Assembly: GCA_043228905.1 (NCBI GenBank)
Contig: JBHGNT010000012.1
Coordinates: 13,578,001-13,642,000 of the forward strand
Direction of reading: 5' to 3'
DNA from: Azolla caroliniana
Lineage: Eukaryota > Plantae > Polypodiophyta
DNA length: 64,000 nt
Below the pieces are notes generated by a model. That model worked only from the letters and a program-made list of their open reading frames with translations. It was not told the DNA's origin and made no database searches. Made by a program: the position numbers and the translations under genes. The stretch's first letter is position 1. The number at the start of each line of letters is the position of its first letter. Below, piece by piece: positions 36,201 to 50,715 of this stretch.

Positions 36201-38098
36201 TCAAGTTTCGTAAAAAACGGAGCTCCCTAGAAACGGTCAATCAAATCGTCAGCCCAGGGCAATGGATATGAATTAATACACATACGCCATGTGCCCTCTT
36301 TCTTTTTTACCAAGAGAACAAGTGCACCCCATGGAGATTTACTATAACGTATGTAACCCATTTGTAAATAGTCCTTGACTTGCTTAGATACCTCATCCTC
36401 TTCGGATAGACTTAAGTGATAAGGAGGTGTACCTATTGGTGCAACACCAGGTACAATATCTATACGATGGTCTATATTACGTTTGGAGGTAACCCATGTG
36501 GTAGTTCACTAGGAAAAAAACATCACGAAAATCATTTAAGATTTCATGGAGTTGTTGTTCAAAATATGATAATTGACCCGAGACATTATCGATATTATAA
36601 CCGTGAATGTTTGGATCAAGTAGACAATAAAATAAAGATGAACAAGACAACTCGGATATTGATGGAGAGGAAACAATTGAAAGAGATCGTTTTTTTACAC
36701 ATTGAATAAAATGAGTACAATCATTCAGTACAAATGTAATTGAATGATGAACCCAATCAATAGATAAAGAAGAGTTTTTATCAAAAAACTAGGGATTACC
36801 TAGTGTTACATCAGTGGTACAAAGATTCATTACATGGAAGTCCACTTCCTCTATATAAGCATCAATAGAAATTCCTAATGAATGAATCGCCCTGTCGATG
36901 TAGTGTACTCTTCCATAAGCCAAGTGCACCTTATAGGTGTGATCACTTACGGTGGGTTGGATTCCCCATATCTGAACCAAACGATCATTCACAAAGTTGT
37001 GTGAGATTCCTGAATCAAATAAAAATTGTACGGGAGATCCATTTATATACCCGTTTGCACATAGCAAATCATTGGGTCCCAATACATAGTGCGGGAAAGA
37101 ACATTTATAGCTTATGTTTGGTTCCAATACATAGTGTGGTCCCATATCTGAACCAAATGATCATTCACAAAATTGTGTGAGCTTCCTGAATCAATTACTT
37201 AAATGATGTGTATAGACCTCAAGGACATCAAGAATCTGACCTTTATGGTCTGCAACTTTTGTTTTGTTGTTGTGCGCTTTCCGTTGGAGCTTTCGACATT
37301 GCTCTTTTGTATGACCCTTCCTTTTGCAGAATAGTCAAAAAGGATGTTGTTGCTTACAATTACAATCCACGAATTCGTTGGGTGTCTTGCATTTCCTAGC
37401 GAATAGCGACTGCTTAGTCCCCGGCGCTTCGTTAGGTTTGTTATGGTCCTTCTTCGAAGTGCGTTGATAGAGAAGAACTCTTTCAACGGCCTGTTCGAAG
37501 GATTTGGGATCCTTATCGTGCACTATCTAATGATAGTCCGAATTGGGGATGCCATTGACAAAACAAGCTATCAACCAATTGTGCCCTTCTAAACCCGATT
37601 TTTGGATTTTGGTTCTAGCATGGTGAACATAGTCTTCTAGCGGGGAAAACTTCTTGTAGAGAGGTTCATTAAAGCTTGTGCTACGTTGGTTCAACATAGA
37701 GGTTGCAACAATTGGCCCTTGAAAACTAGGACAAATTCTACCCAAGTATCAGGCAATTTCCCCAAAGTGCGGAGCCCACGCCACCAGGCAACAACCTTAC
37801 CCCCTAGTTCTCGGCCGACATATGAAATCTTCGTACTATCTGGCTTGGAATAGAGCTCATCATAGTCAAAAGATGATGAAATGAGGGTAGCTAGGCCTCG
37901 TATTTATAGCGATACCCAAGGCCCCCAGGCAAGTTCACACTTGGCCTAATGGGTTGTCTCAATCCTCCCCTTCTTTACACTCTCCCCTTCTTTACAATCT
38001 CCCCTTCTTTACACTCTCGTTCCCTCACACTTATCCACGTGTATAGAATACTACGGTAAATTCTCACCACGAGATATTATACAGTCATGCCCGTAACA
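33259..38098 (-). mobile_element. Chromovirus element, decayed and inverted; 3' LTR 33259-33712, partial 5' LTR ~37860-38098
   Basis: Minus ORFs for chromodomain/IN (33665..34818), RH (35130..35690), RT, PR and gag; PPT at 33713-33727; no matching TSD. Confidence 0.92.
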
Positions 38099-40063
38099 AT
38101 GGTAGAAGGCTATGGAGGAAGAAATGCATGCACTCACGGAAAACAAGACGTGGGACTTAGTTGATGTACTTAAAGGAGTGAAGCCGGTTCATAACCCCTG
38201 TGGTTCCGCCTCATGGTCCGCACATAGTGACAGATTTTTCACGACACCGGCGTGCCTAGAACGCAAAGATCACGCACCGGCTGCATAAGATGGGGTTTGC
38301 AGCCTCGAAGTCCGACTCTTCACTATTCATCCGGAATGGTCCGGATGGTCTGGTATGTATCCTATTATATGTAGATGATCTAGTCATCACCGGACGCGGA
38401 CTTGCTAAAATCGGTCGAGTGAAGTCCCAACTATCGGATGCATTCGAAATGAAGGGCTAGGGGGACCTTCATTACTTCCTCGAGAGCGAAGTGATCCACA
38501 TCCCAGAAGGCATATTGATCAATCAACACCACTATGTGTTGAGTATGCTCTTCAAATTTAGTATGACAGAATGCAAATCTGTCTCGACTCCTCTGAACCG
38601 AAATGTGAAGCTTCGCCCCAATTCCAGAACGGCATGCAACCCGAAAAGGTTTCGACAAATAGTTAGAAGTCTCATATATCTGACCATCACCCGGTCGGAC
38701 CTCAGTTATCCGGTCAGACTGATTAGTCAATTTATGGCGCATCCAACCCTGGAGCACCTTCAGTGCGCACACCGAATACTGAGATATGTTAGCGGCACTA
38801 AGGACAAGGGGTTGATGTATCAGACTAGTGTAGCCGGACAGCTTGTCGGCTACATGGATGTCGATTGCGCCGGAAATGCCAGCGATCGTAGGTCTACATC
38901 CGGATATGCGTTTTCACTTGGAAGCGTCACGGTTGCATGAAGTAGTAAGAAGCAACTGACAGTAGCACTATCGAGCACCGAGGCCTAGTACCGAGGAGCG
39001 GCTATCGTGACATGCGAAACCATATAGCTCAAGAGGCTCCTGAAGGATTTGCGAGTGGAGGTGTCTGATTCGATGAGATCTATTGCAACAACCTCAACAG
39101 CATCCAACTGGCGAAGAACCCCATATTTCACGCCCGGACAAAGGACATCGAGGTGCACTATCATTTCGTCCGAGAGCGCGTTCTCTCCAATGAAGTGGAA
39201 CCCTTGACTTAGACAAGTTGTGGCAATTTTCCGGTGCACTAGGTGTGAAATACCTCGATATGCCGAACTTGAGGAGGAATGACAAAGATGACCGAAAAGC
39301 CAAGTTGGAAACCGATTTTGATTTCAGCCCGATTGAAGAAATTGAAGTGTATGGGTCAGCTAAAGAAGCCGAGACCGGACGTAGGGGGAGCCACTAGAAC
39401 GGAGAGCCCAAGTCTAAGCCAACCAAAAAAGGGGGAGGCAAAGCCAGAAAGACCGAGACACGAACATGGTCCAATGTCGTCAAGGCTCTGAAGATTGAGG
39501 ACGAGTTGGAGACAGCCAAGTCAGACAAGAGCGGGAACGAATCGGAGACAGCCGATTCGGTCAAGATGTTTGGTTTGGTGAGCCGGATCTATGATGGGCC
39601 AAGTGGACAAAAAGACAGCCAAAGCCGACGTCGAGACGGACGAGCCAATGGGTCGAGGGGCGCCAACACCATGACAACAAGGGAGCTGATAAGGGCCGAA
39701 GGAGCAAACAAGTCGACCGAGAAATTCGAGGTGCGCTAGACCGGACGAGTCGTGGAAAGCGGAACCAGACGGGTCGAGGAGCGTGAGCAAGGCGGGAGGA
39801 TGCCAAGGAGAGCCAGAGGAGAGGACCGGCTACCACAGACACTAACACCACGATCTGACCTCAAGTTGAGCTTGAGGGGGAGTGTTGAGCAGATAAGTTC
39901 AACCGGATCCGGATTGGCCGAATAAGCCGGAGCCGGATCAAAGAACCAGATTGGTGTCTGAATCCAAGAGCCAGATTGGAGAGCCGGATTGTAATCTGGA
40001 TTAGGATGAACGGGTAGGCCGTTAGAGGCCTACGAATCTAGCCTAGTTTGTAGCAAGGTTGTT
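38099..40063 (+). mobile_element. Copia-2 RT/RH, 3' UTR and LTR fragment (duplicate of 8996-10960)
   Basis: Same sequence at offset 29103. Confidence 0.88.
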
Positions 40064-42609
40064 TGTTACGGGCATGACCATATAATATCCCGTGGTAAGA
40101 ATTTACCGTAGTATTCTATACACGTGGATAAGTGTGAGGGTTAAATGAGAGTGTAAAGAAGGGGAGGATTACTTTTAATCCTCGGGATTGAGACAACCCA
40201 TTAGGTCAAGTGTGAACTTGCCTGGGGGCCTTGGGTATCGCTATAAATAAGAGGCCTAGCTACCCTCATTTGATCATCTTTTGACTACATCGAGACTCTG
40301 CTTGTGTGGTGGGTCAACTCTTGTAGCGAGCGCGCCAGCACCAGGTACGACTCGACGCCACGGCGGTGGTATGGGACGCCGATCGAGGCTCGAGTCCGTC
40401 TCGATCCCTTCGCTCGGGGGTGGTCGGGTGGATCGGCACCCTTCTTTCTCTTTCTCCTTTCTATCTATCTTTTCATTATCCTTATCTTATGCTTACTTTA
40501 GTACCTAGATCTATAATATTTGGTATCAGATTTTTGTACTAATGTTTCTTTGTTTTTCATTTGTCTTTTGATTGATGCTGATCAATCGTTGTGCGGTTGG
40601 CCTTGATCCAGACAACGATCAACAAAGAACTTCGGTAACTCTTTCCATAATTTTTCTTTCTATTCTCTCTTCTCCCATCTAATCATGTGTTTAGTTTATA
40701 TGTAATTTTTTTCATTAAGTCAATGATGTTGTAGTGGTCTTTAATTGATTATCTAAAACGTTTACATATGTGCACGAGGTCAATACCTCGTTTGACATGT
40801 TAATAATATGTGATGAGTGTCGTATGCGTACGAGGTTAATACCTCAATTACGTATTACGTTCACGAACATATGTTACGTTTGCGTATGAGTTTAATACCT
40901 TGATTTGTTGTAAACGATATGTGTTTGGTCTCGTATGCGTAAGAGGTCAATACCTCCATTGCGTATTACGATGATCTCTTATTTGTGGATGTTTCGTGTG
41001 CGTAGAGGTATATACCTCGATTACGTATCTCGATCACATCATTTGTGGCTATTTACTATAACGATATGTTGAATATAGGCATATGTGGTCACATATATAC
41101 GTATTTGATCGTATATATGTGATAAGTAAACATATGTGTATATTCGTTATTACGTGATTATATTGAAAGTTGTCATGATCGGGAAAAGGATGTTGGTGGC
41201 CGTCCTCACATTTTTGTGAGAATGGCGTTGTCACCATCCCTTTTTCAACATTTTTTTATTGTTGATAACCCCGTTGACGACCTCGATTTCGTTACGTAAA
41301 GAAACGCCAATAGCCAAAATGATGTTGAGTACGTAGGGCTTGACCCACTTCAAGTGAGGTCGCTCCAATGACGCACGTATCCAACATCCCTCCCTCGTTA
41401 CATGGATACGATGCCACCATGAGCTTGTTCTTACGAGAGGCATTCGTAATGACGTGACCATGTGATGGCCCACGTGAGCCTACTACGAAACGAAGGCTCA
41501 TTTGGCTTGACCATTAGGTTGCACTTTGGCGTATGCCATCGTAATTACGAGACTTGAGGATAGGTAACGTACCAACATAGTTTTGGTAAATGAGGGCGAA
41601 ATAAGGACCCTTGACATATATGTTCTTTTAAAAAAACATATATGATCAATTGCCTCGCATATCTCTTATACGCATCAAACATTAAGCATTCGAGAAGAGC
41701 AACTTACTTTCTTGGCTCAAGTGTTTAATGTATTTGTTCTCGAGGTCTCGAGTTCAAATATGACAAAGACCATACAACATCCTTGATACATATGACTATA
41801 ACACATGTTTAGACTTAAGGTCTAAGTGCACCTCGGGGTCCTCGTAATAGGACTTAAAGAGCCGAAACCACATATGTGGGCACCGAAACATAGTTTATTG
41901 TTAACATTTTTTTCGTGTATAAACTATTCATGACGCGAACATACATGGTTGAGCCTCGGGGAGCCACCATGAAAAAATCAATATAGAGATCAGGGAAAGA
42001 CATTTATTTGTCACCCCCATGGTTTTTAAAACACCTTTGTGTTACCATAGTAACCTAATCTTGAACCTCATCTCATACGTCTAAAGGGGTATTGACGTGA
42101 GATAATGATATCGATTAATGCTCGCCCATGATATGTTTACATCACGACATGATGTTATGACTATGTCTCTGACCTTATCCTATTTCTTTTCCAGAAATAA
42201 TCTTTAATGGCTCAAATTAACGACCCGATGTCATCCGCTCAAGCGGAAGGAACTCAAGGGAATCCTCCTGGACAAATGTCCACTGAGATGTATTTGGCAC
42301 AAATAACCCAATTCCTTAGTTTCACCGCTCAACAGATGTATTCGACAATCTCAGAGTGCTCTTGAGGCACGTGTCATTAGTCTACAACGTGAGACTAATA
42401 GACCTGATGAGCGACAAGGTGAACCATCATTTGTCGTTAAGCCATTTACGGGAGACAAAAAGGAAAGAACCGAAGAAGCAATCTGCACATGGCTGGGACG
42501 ATGGGAGTCTCATTTTGAGCTCTATCCCACGCCAGATAGTACGAAGATTGCATATGTCGGCCGAGAACTCGGGGGTAAGGCCGCCGCCTGGTGGCGTGGC
42601 CTCCGTACT

Positions 42610-44013
42610 ATGGGGAAATTGCCGGATACCTGGACAGATTTTGTCACGGTTTTTAAGGGCCAATTTCTGCAACCTCCCTCTCGAACCGAGGCAGCACAAG
42701 CTTTAATGAACCTCTCTAGCAAGAAATTTTCCTCGCTAGAAGACTATGTTCACCATGCTAGAACCCAAATCCAAAAATCGGGTCTAGAAGGGGACAATTG
42801 GTTGATAGCTTGTTTTGTCAATGGCATCCCCAATTCGGACTATCACTGGATAGTGCACGATAAGGATCCAAAATCCTTCGAAGAGGCCGTTGAAATAGTT
42901 CTTCGCTATCAACGCACTTCGAAGAAGGACCATAACAAACCCAACGAAGCGCCCGGGACTAAGCAGTCGCAATTTGTTGGGAAACGCAAGACACCCAACG
43001 AATTCCTGGATCGCGATTGTAAGCGACAACATCCTTTTTGTGTATTCTGCAAAAAGAAGGGTCATACAAAAGATCAATGTCGAAAGCTCCAACGGAAAGA
43101 GCACGACAACAAAGCTAAAGCTGCAGACCATAAAGGTCAGATTCCTAATGTCCTTCAGGTCTATACACACCATTTAAGTAATTGTCAATGTTCTTTTCCT
43201 CACTATGTATTGGGTCCCAATGATTTACTACGTGCAAACGGGTATATCAATGGATCTCCCGTACAATTTTTATTTGATTCGGGAAGCTCACACAATTTTG
43301 TGAATGATCGTTTGGTTCAGATATGGGGAATCCAACCCACCGTAAGTGATCACACCTACACGGTGCACTTGGCTGATGGAAGAGTACAATACATCAACGG
43401 GGCGATTCATTCATTAGGAATTTCTATTGATACTTATATAGAGGAAGTAGACTTCCATGTAATGAATCTTTGTACCACCGATGTAATACTGGGTTATCCC
43501 TGGTTTTATAATAAAAACTCTTCTTTATTTATTGATTGGGTTCGTCATTCCATTTCTTTTTTACTGAACGATTGTACGCATTTTATTCAATGTGTAAAAA
43601 AACAATCCCTCTCGATTGTTTCCTCGTGTCCATCAATATCCGAGTTGTCTTGTTCTACGTTATTTTATTGTGTACTTGATCCGGACATTCACGTTTACAA
43701 TATCGATAATGTCCCGATTCAATTAACATATTTTGAACAACAACAACTTGATGAAATCTTAAATGATTTTCATGATGTTTTTCCAAGTGAACTACCTGAT
43801 GGGTTACCTCCTAAACGTAATATAGACCATCGTATAGATATTGTACCTGGTGTTGTACCAATAAGTATACCTCCGTATCGCTTAAGTCGATCCGAAGAAG
43901 ATGAGGTATCTAAGCAACTCAAGGACTATTTACGAATGGGTTATATACGTTATAGTAAATCTCCATGGGTTACATATATGGGCAAATGCCTCACATATCT
44001 CTTATATGCATGA
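42610..44013 (+). CDS. gag: Chromovirus gag-protease ORF (467 aa)
   Basis: Protein identical to 13508..14911; CCHC knuckle and DSG motif. Confidence 0.85.
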   Translation: MGKLPDTWTDFVTVFKGQFLQPPSRTEAAQALMNLSSKKFSSLEDYVHHARTQIQKSGLEGDNWLIACFVNGIPNSDYHWIVHDKDPKSFEEAVEIVLRYQRTSKKDHNKPNEAPGTKQSQFVGKRKTPNEFLDRDCKRQHPFCVFCKKKGHTKDQCRKLQRKEHDNKAKAADHKGQIPNVLQVYTHHLSNCQCSFPHYVLGPNDLLRANGYINGSPVQFLFDSGSSHNFVNDRLVQIWGIQPTVSDHTYTVHLADGRVQYINGAIHSLGISIDTYIEEVDFHVMNLCTTDVILGYPWFYNKNSSLFIDWVRHSISFLLNDCTHFIQCVKKQSLSIVSSCPSISELSCSTLFYCVLDPDIHVYNIDNVPIQLTYFEQQQLDEILNDFHDVFPSELPDGLPPKRNIDHRIDIVPGVVPISIPPYRLSRSEEDEVSKQLKDYLRMGYIRYSKSPWVTYMGKCLTYLLYA

Positions 44014-44947
44014 AGCATTAAATATTGAAGAAGAGCAACCTACTTGGTTGGCTCAAGTGTTTAATGCATTTGTTCTCGAGGTTTCGAGTTCAAATATGAC
44101 CAAGACCATACAACATCGTTGATACGTATCACTCTAACACATGTTTAGACTAGAGGTCTAAGTGCATTTCGGGGTGCTCGTAATAGGACTTAAAGAGCTG
44201 AAACCACATATGTGGGCACATAAACATAGTTTATTGTTAATATTTTCTTCGTGTATAAACTACTCATGAAGCGAACATACATGGTTGAGCGTCGGGGAGC
44301 TGCCATAAAAATTGATATAGAGATAAGGGAAAGACATTAATTTATCACCCCCATGGTTTTTTAAACACGTTTGTGTTACCATAGTAACCTGATCTTGAAC
44401 CTCATCTCATACGTCTAGAGTGGTATTGACGTGAGATCATGATATTGATTAATGTTTGCCCATGATATGTCTAGATCACGACATGATGTTATGACTATTT
44501 GTCTGACCTTATCCTATTTCTATGCTAGAAATAATCATTCAATGGCTCAAAATAACGACCCGATGTCATCCACTCAAGCGGAAGGAACTCAAGGAAATCC
44601 TCCTGGACAAATGTCCATTGAGATGTATTTTTCGCAAATAACCCAATACCTTAGTTTCACCACTCAACAGATAACCAAACTTCGGCAATCTAAAAGTGCT
44701 CTCGAGGCACGTGTCATTAGTTTACAACGTGCGACTAATAGACCTGATGAGCGATAGGGTGAACCATCGTTTGTCGTTAAGCCATTTACGGGAGAAAAAA
44801 GGAAAGATCGAAGAAGCAATATGCACGTGACTGGGCTAATGGGAGTCTCATTTTGAGCTCTATCCCACGCTAGATAGTACGAAGATTGCACATGTCGGCC
44901 GAGAAGAAGGGGGTAAGGCCGCCGCCTGGTGGCGTGGGCTCCGAGCT

Positions 44948-45934
44948 TTGGGGAAACTGCCCGATACCTGGACAGATTTTGTCACAATTTTTAAGGGCCA
45001 ATTTCTGCAACCTCCCTCTCGAACCGAGACAGCTCAAGCTTTAATGAACCTCTTTAGTAGGAAGTTTTCCGCGCTAGAAGACTATGTCCACCATGCTAGA
45101 ACCCAAATCCAAAAGTGGGGTCTAGAAGGGTACAATTGGTTAATAGCTTGTTTTGTCAATGGCATCCCCAATTCGGACTATCACTGGATACTGCACGATA
45201 AGGATCCAAAATCCTTCGAAGAGGCCGTTGAAATAGTTCTTTGCTATCAACGCACTTCGAAGAAGGACCACAACAAACCCCACAAAGCGCCCGAGACTAA
45301 GCAGTCGCAATTCGTTGGGAAACGCAAGACACCCAACAAACTCATGGATCGCGATTGTAAGCGACAACATCCTTTTTGCGTATTCTGCAAAAAGAAGGGT
45401 CATAGAAAAGATCAATGTCGAAAGCTCCAACGAAAAGAGCACGACAACAAAGCTCAAGCTACAGACCATAAAGGTCAACTTCCTAATGTCCTTCAGGTCT
45501 ATACACATCATTTAAGTAATTGTCAATGTTCTTTCCCTCACTATGTATTGGGTTCTACTGATTTACTACGTGCAAACGGGTATATCAATGGATCTCTCGT
45601 AAAATTTTTATTTGATTCGGGGAGCTCACACAAATTTGTGAATGATCGTTTGATTCAGATATGGGGAATCCAACCCACCATAAGTGATCACACCTACAGG
45701 GTGCACTTGGCTGATGGAAGAGTACAATACATCAACGGGGCGATTCATTCATTAGGAATTTCTATTGACACTTATATAGAGGAAGTAGACTTCTATGTAA
45801 TGAACCTTTGTACTAGTGATGTAATACTGGGTTATCCTTGGTTCTCTAATAAAAAATCTTCTTTATCTATTGATTGGGTTCATCAGTCAATAACATTTGT
45901 ACTGAACATTGTACTCATTTTATTCAATGTGTAA
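44948..45934 (+). pseudogene. gag: Second tandem gag-protease copy
   Basis: One residue different from 15846..16832. Confidence 0.85.
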
Positions 45935-46316
45935 AAAAACAATCCCTCTCGATTGTTTCCTCTCCATGAATATCAGAGTTGTCTTGTTCTACTCTATTTT
46001 ATTGTGTACTTGATCCGGACATTCACATTTACAATATCGATAATGTCTCGGTTCAATTAACATATTTTGAACAACAACTTGATGAAATCTTAAATGATTT
46101 TCGTGATGTTTTTCCGAGTGAAGTACCAGATGGGTTAACTCCTAAACGTAATATAGACCATCGTATAGATATTGTACTTGGTGTTGCACCAATAAGTATA
46201 ACTCCTTATCGCTTAAGTCGATCCGAAGAGGATGAGGTATCTAAGCAACTCAGGGACTATTTACGAATGGGTTATATATACGTTATATTAATACTCCATG
46301 GGGTGCACCAATTCTC

Positions 46317-47309
46317 TTGGTTAAAAAGAAAGAGCGCACATGGCGTATGTGTATTAATTACCGACGCTTGAATAAAGTGACGATCAAGAATTCGTATCCA
46401 TTGCCCCGGGCTGACGATCTAATTGACCGTCTCCAGGGAGCTCGGTATTTTACGAAACTTGATATCCGTACTGGCTACCATCAAATAAGAATAAGTGAGG
46501 ACGATGTTCCTAAAACGGCATTTCGTACGCGCTATGGCCATTACGAGTTTTTGGTTATGCCTTTTGGTTTGACCAATGCTCCGGCTACTTTTCAACAAGA
46601 AATGAATGACATTTTCCGAGAACAACTTGGAAAATTTGTCGTTATTTTCTTGGATGATATTTTAGTTTATAGCCGTACATTACAAGAACATGCTAGACAT
46701 GTCCGCTTTGTTTTACAAACATTGCGTGACAAACAATTTTATGCGAAGATCTCAAAATGTGAGTTCTTCAAGAAATCAATTACTTATCTAGGACATCTCA
46801 TAACCGAACGAGGAGTTGAAATTGATCCTTCTCGCATTGAGAAAATCAAGCTTTGGCCCACTCTTCGGAATATTCGAGAAGTTCGATCATTCCTTGGTTT
46901 TGTGGGGTTTTTGCGAAAGTCTCTTCGTAATTACTCCCAATTGACGACGTCGTTTACTGATCTTTTAAAAGGTCAAACGCGTAAGTCTACAAAACCTATT
47001 GTGTGGAATGCTACACTAGACCTTGCCTTTAAGGAACTCAAGGACCTGGTTTGCAAGGCTCCTTCACTTCTTTTACCCGATCCTTCAAAACCTTTTGAGG
47101 TTGAAACCGATGCCAGCGATTACGCTATAGGTGCTGTCTTGTATCAAGATGGTAAACCGATAGCATTCGAGAGTAAGAAACTTGATTCTGCTCAATGTCG
47201 GTATACCGTTCCAGAAAAGGAATTATTTGCAGTTATACATGCGCTCAAAACATGGCGCCATTATCTTTATGGAAATCACTTTGTGGTAACTACGGACCAC
47301 GAGTCTTGA
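46317..47309 (+). CDS. pol: Reverse transcriptase and RNase H
   Basis: [46 protein letters not shown]; 1-nt frameshift at ~47304. Confidence 0.93.
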   Translation: MVKKKERTWRMCINYRRLNKVTIKNSYPLPRADDLIDRLQGARYFTKLDIRTGYHQIRISEDDVPKTAFRTRYGHYEFLVMPFGLTNAPATFQQEMNDIFREQLGKFVVIFLDDILVYSRTLQEHARHVRFVLQTLRDKQFYAKISKCEFFKKSITYLGHLITERGVEIDPSRIEKIKLWPTLRNIREVRSFLGFVGFLRKSLRNYSQLTTSFTDLLKGQTRKSTKPIVWNATLDLAFKELKDLVCKAPSLLLPDPSKPFEVETDASDYAIGAVLYQDGKPIAFESKKLDSAQCRYTVPEKELFAVIHALKTWRHYLYGNHFVVTTDHES

Positions 47310-48967
47310 AATATTTTTGTGACCAACAAGACCTGAAAGGTCGTAAGGCACGATGGGCTGATCTCATCCAGGACTTTGATTTTTCCATACGATATCGTAA
47401 AGGTTCCATGAACACTGTCGCTGATGCACTAAGTCGCATCCGTGAAGTTAACATGCTTAGCTTCACTGCAATATCATCAGATCTTTATGATCACCTTCGA
47501 GGAAAGTATCCTGATGACAGTTATTTCGCAAAATACTGGGCAAGAGTTGAGTCTAGAACAGTCACCACCACATCCTCGAAGGAATACTTCCAAATTGCTA
47601 ACGGTTTGCTCTATCGTAATGGGAAGGTTTGTGTTCCAGATTTACCCGAGGTCAAAAAGAGGATTCTTTTTCAATGCCATGATGCACCCTCAGCAGGGCA
47701 CCCTGGAATACATCGTACACTCGTTCTCATCTCCACTCAATTTTATTGGCCTAAGATGCGTCCTGACATACATAGCTATGTGACTAAATGTCACCAGTGT
47801 CAAGTTAACAAAGCCGAGCGACTTAAAGTCGCAGGACTTTTACATCCCTTGGACATTCCCAATAATAAGTGGGAAAGTATATCCATGGATTTTATTGTTA
47901 GCCTTCCTCGCACCCAAAAAGGTCATGATGCCATCTGGGTTGTCGTTGATCGACTAACTAAAATGGCCAAATTTATTGCTACTAAAACCACGGTAACGGC
48001 TCCTGAACTGGCTTACCAATTCGTTGACGAATTGTTTCGTTTTTATGGGTTACCGATGGATATCGTGAGTGATCGAGATCCAAAGTTTACTAGTGACTTC
48101 TGGACACAAGTATTTAAGAAGTTAGAAACTACGTTGAGCATGAGCTCCACGGATCATCCTCAATCCGACGGACAGACAGAACGAGTAAATCAAATTATTG
48201 AGGACATGCTTCGAGCATACGTTGGTGCAAAACCAACAAAATGGGAACATTATCTCCCAATTTTGGAGTTTGCTTATAACAGCTCCAAGCATACGTCGAC
48301 GGGATATAGTCCTTTTATGTTGATGTATGGTTTTCAGCCACGAGCCCCGATTGATGTTACTATACATCATGATGAGTTGCGAAGTACGCAAAACTTTCTT
48401 CGGGATATGCAAGATATGTTGCATATTGCACGAGATAATATAAAAACAGCTCAAGATAGAGCGCGTTTTTATGCCGATCATCATAGGCAACCTCGTGTAT
48501 TCAACCCTGGACAGAAGGTATTTTTACGTGTACCTCACAATTCTAAGACATTGTCTACGGGTAAGTGCGCTAAGTTAGCCCCACGGTTTTGTGGACCTTT
48601 TACAGTCCTCAAACGCATTGGGTCATCAGCCTATCGTCTCGCTCTTCCCGATGGTGTCGGAATTCATCCAGTCTTTCATGTGAGTCGTCTAAAAGAACTT
48701 CTAGGTTCTGGCGACAATACAGTTACGACTGAAACTCTGGTTACTTCTGAAGAATTATCTTCTAAACCACATGTACCAGAAAGAATTCTCGATGTTAAAA
48801 CAAAAAAATTACGTGCTAAAGAAATCCGAGAATTTAAAATAAAATGGATGGATAAATCAATAAAAGATGCCACATGGGAACGCGAAAATACTCTTAGAAC
48901 TAACTTCCCTAACTTTCCATTGCAAGAGTGCAATGTTTTAAAGAGGGGGAGTATGTTACGGGCATGA
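47195..48967 (+). CDS. pol: RNase H C-terminus, integrase and chromodomain (true frame from ~47306)
   Basis: [50 protein letters not shown]...FKIKW...DATWE. Confidence 0.95.
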   Translation: MSVYRSRKGIICSYTCAQNMAPLSLWKSLCGNYGPRVLKYFCDQQDLKGRKARWADLIQDFDFSIRYRKGSMNTVADALSRIREVNMLSFTAISSDLYDHLRGKYPDDSYFAKYWARVESRTVTTTSSKEYFQIANGLLYRNGKVCVPDLPEVKKRILFQCHDAPSAGHPGIHRTLVLISTQFYWPKMRPDIHSYVTKCHQCQVNKAERLKVAGLLHPLDIPNNKWESISMDFIVSLPRTQKGHDAIWVVVDRLTKMAKFIATKTTVTAPELAYQFVDELFRFYGLPMDIVSDRDPKFTSDFWTQVFKKLETTLSMSSTDHPQSDGQTERVNQIIEDMLRAYVGAKPTKWEHYLPILEFAYNSSKHTSTGYSPFMLMYGFQPRAPIDVTIHHDELRSTQNFLRDMQDMLHIARDNIKTAQDRARFYADHHRQPRVFNPGQKVFLRVPHNSKTLSTGKCAKLAPRFCGPFTVLKRIGSSAYRLALPDGVGIHPVFHVSRLKELLGSGDNTVTTETLVTSEELSSKPHVPERILDVKTKKLRAKEIREFKIKWMDKSIKDATWERENTLRTNFPNFPLQECNVLKRGSMLRA

Positions 48968-49384
48968 CCATATAATATCCCGTGGTAAGAATTTACCGTA
49001 GTATTCTATACACGTGGATAAGTGTGAGGGTTAAATGAGAGTGTAAAGAAGGGGAGGATTACTTTTAATCCTCGGGATTGAGACAACCCATTAAGTCAAG
49101 TGTGAACTTGCCTGGGGGCCTTGGGTATCGCTATAAATAAGAGGCCTAGCTACCCTCATTTGATCATCTTTTGACTACATCGAGACTCTGCTCGTGTGGT
49201 GGGTCAACTCTTGTAGCGAGCGCGCCAGCACCAGGTACGACTCGACGCCACGGCGGTGGTATGGGACGCCGATCGAGGCTCGAGTCCGTCTCGATCCCTT
49301 CGCTCGGGGGTGACCGGGTGGATCGGCACCCTTCTTTCTCTTTCTCCTTTCTATCTATCTTTTCATTATCCTTATCTTAAGCTT

Positions 49385-49633
49385 AAATATAGTGCTCATG
49401 CTCGCTAGATGTGCACGAGTCATTTTTTATTGGTGTACATTTTTCTTATAAATAAAGTATTCATGCATTCTAAAAAATGCATGACTTACCTTTTAATAAA
49501 GGTAGGCGTAAATAAAGGTCTTATATATATTAAATCTATATTTAAAACACTTAGGATAAGTTAGTATAATGGTAAGGTTGGGGTTTGTTTATGTGGAGGT
49601 ATAGGGTTCCAATCTTGCCCTATGCATGTAATA
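49385..49633 (-). repeat. Fragment of an element A-type LTR (U3 tip), with tRNA-like cassette
   Basis: About 90% similar by eye to 7037-7286. Confidence 0.85.
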
Positions 49634-50715
49634 AATATTTTTAATATTTTATTTTTATTTATTTATTATATGTACTCTAAATCGGATATAGTGTTTTACA
49701 TATTTCACATAGTGTGTAATTCACACTACGACAACATATAGTATGTTAAATACTTCAAGAATTTGAAAATTATTTACCTTTCTAAAAAATATTTGTAATA
49801 TTGTAAAAAGCATCTATGTTTACACAATTTTGTGATGTACATTATAGTTCTACATCTTAAAATGCATATAATACATTTTAACATTTCACATCCTAAAATA
49901 CTTATAATATGGATATCAACGTTCATTTATTCTATAAATCAGTGTAAGTGTGTATCACGATGTTCTATTTCAAATTGTAATGATTTACGATTATGGCTTC
50001 ATAGATTGAGGAATCGTCTACAATATCACACTCAGGAAAGGTTTCTCTCTTCTTTTCACTCTTCTTCATCTTCTTCTTCTATCTTCTGTGATTATCACAG
50101 TCAGAGTCAGTACAGGTTTTTGTTTCCTTTTCTCTCTTCTTCTTCTGAATCTTCTTCTTCGTCATCGTCGTTATCTCTTCTGTTCTTCTTTCTTCCTTCT
50201 TCTTGCTTCTTTTTCACTAAAATCTTTTTTTTCTTTTGCTTTTTGTTGGGGTTTTACTTGCATTTTGTTATAAATACGTATTATACCTATTTTTTCAAAT
50301 GCACGTTAAATACCATATTGGACAAATGTACATGATATTTAACTGAACAACATTGAGGTATAGTACATACTATACAAATTATGAGGTACTATATGTATTT
50401 AAACGTTAAATACGGGTACGTAAACAACCATGGTTCGTAGGCATGTTTTTGGGAGTCAGTGTCATTCACTCGTATGAGCATTGAAGTACTTGTCAGTACT
50501 TCTGTCAATCCTTTTAAGGACTTGTATAAAAATTGTTCTGTAGGACATTTGTATGTACAGAGTGCTATTATTTTGAATAGAGTTTATGTTATTCTGCTCT
50601 CTCTGTCTCTCCCATGTACGATGCATTCTAAGCTTCCATTAAACCTATGTTTATTCTCTATTGCTATCCGGTGTAACCGGTTTTGCCTTAGCTTCCGCAC
50701 ATTATCTTTTACAAA

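Larger units (their letters stand above)
36938..46362 (+). repeat. Segmental duplication, copy 2
   Basis: Near-identical to ~7835-17260. Confidence 0.95.
40064..49385 (+). mobile_element. Chromovirus element with duplicated gag-PR and a nearly intact pol; 3' LTR truncated
   Basis: LTRs 40064-40518 and 48954-~49385 share the diagnostic GGTAAGAATT variant; PBS at 40521; PPT 48940-48953. Confidence 0.95.

Noticed and set aside
49634-50640. Giant-virus relic or host gene
   Set aside because: AT-rich with many stops and no recognisable motif.
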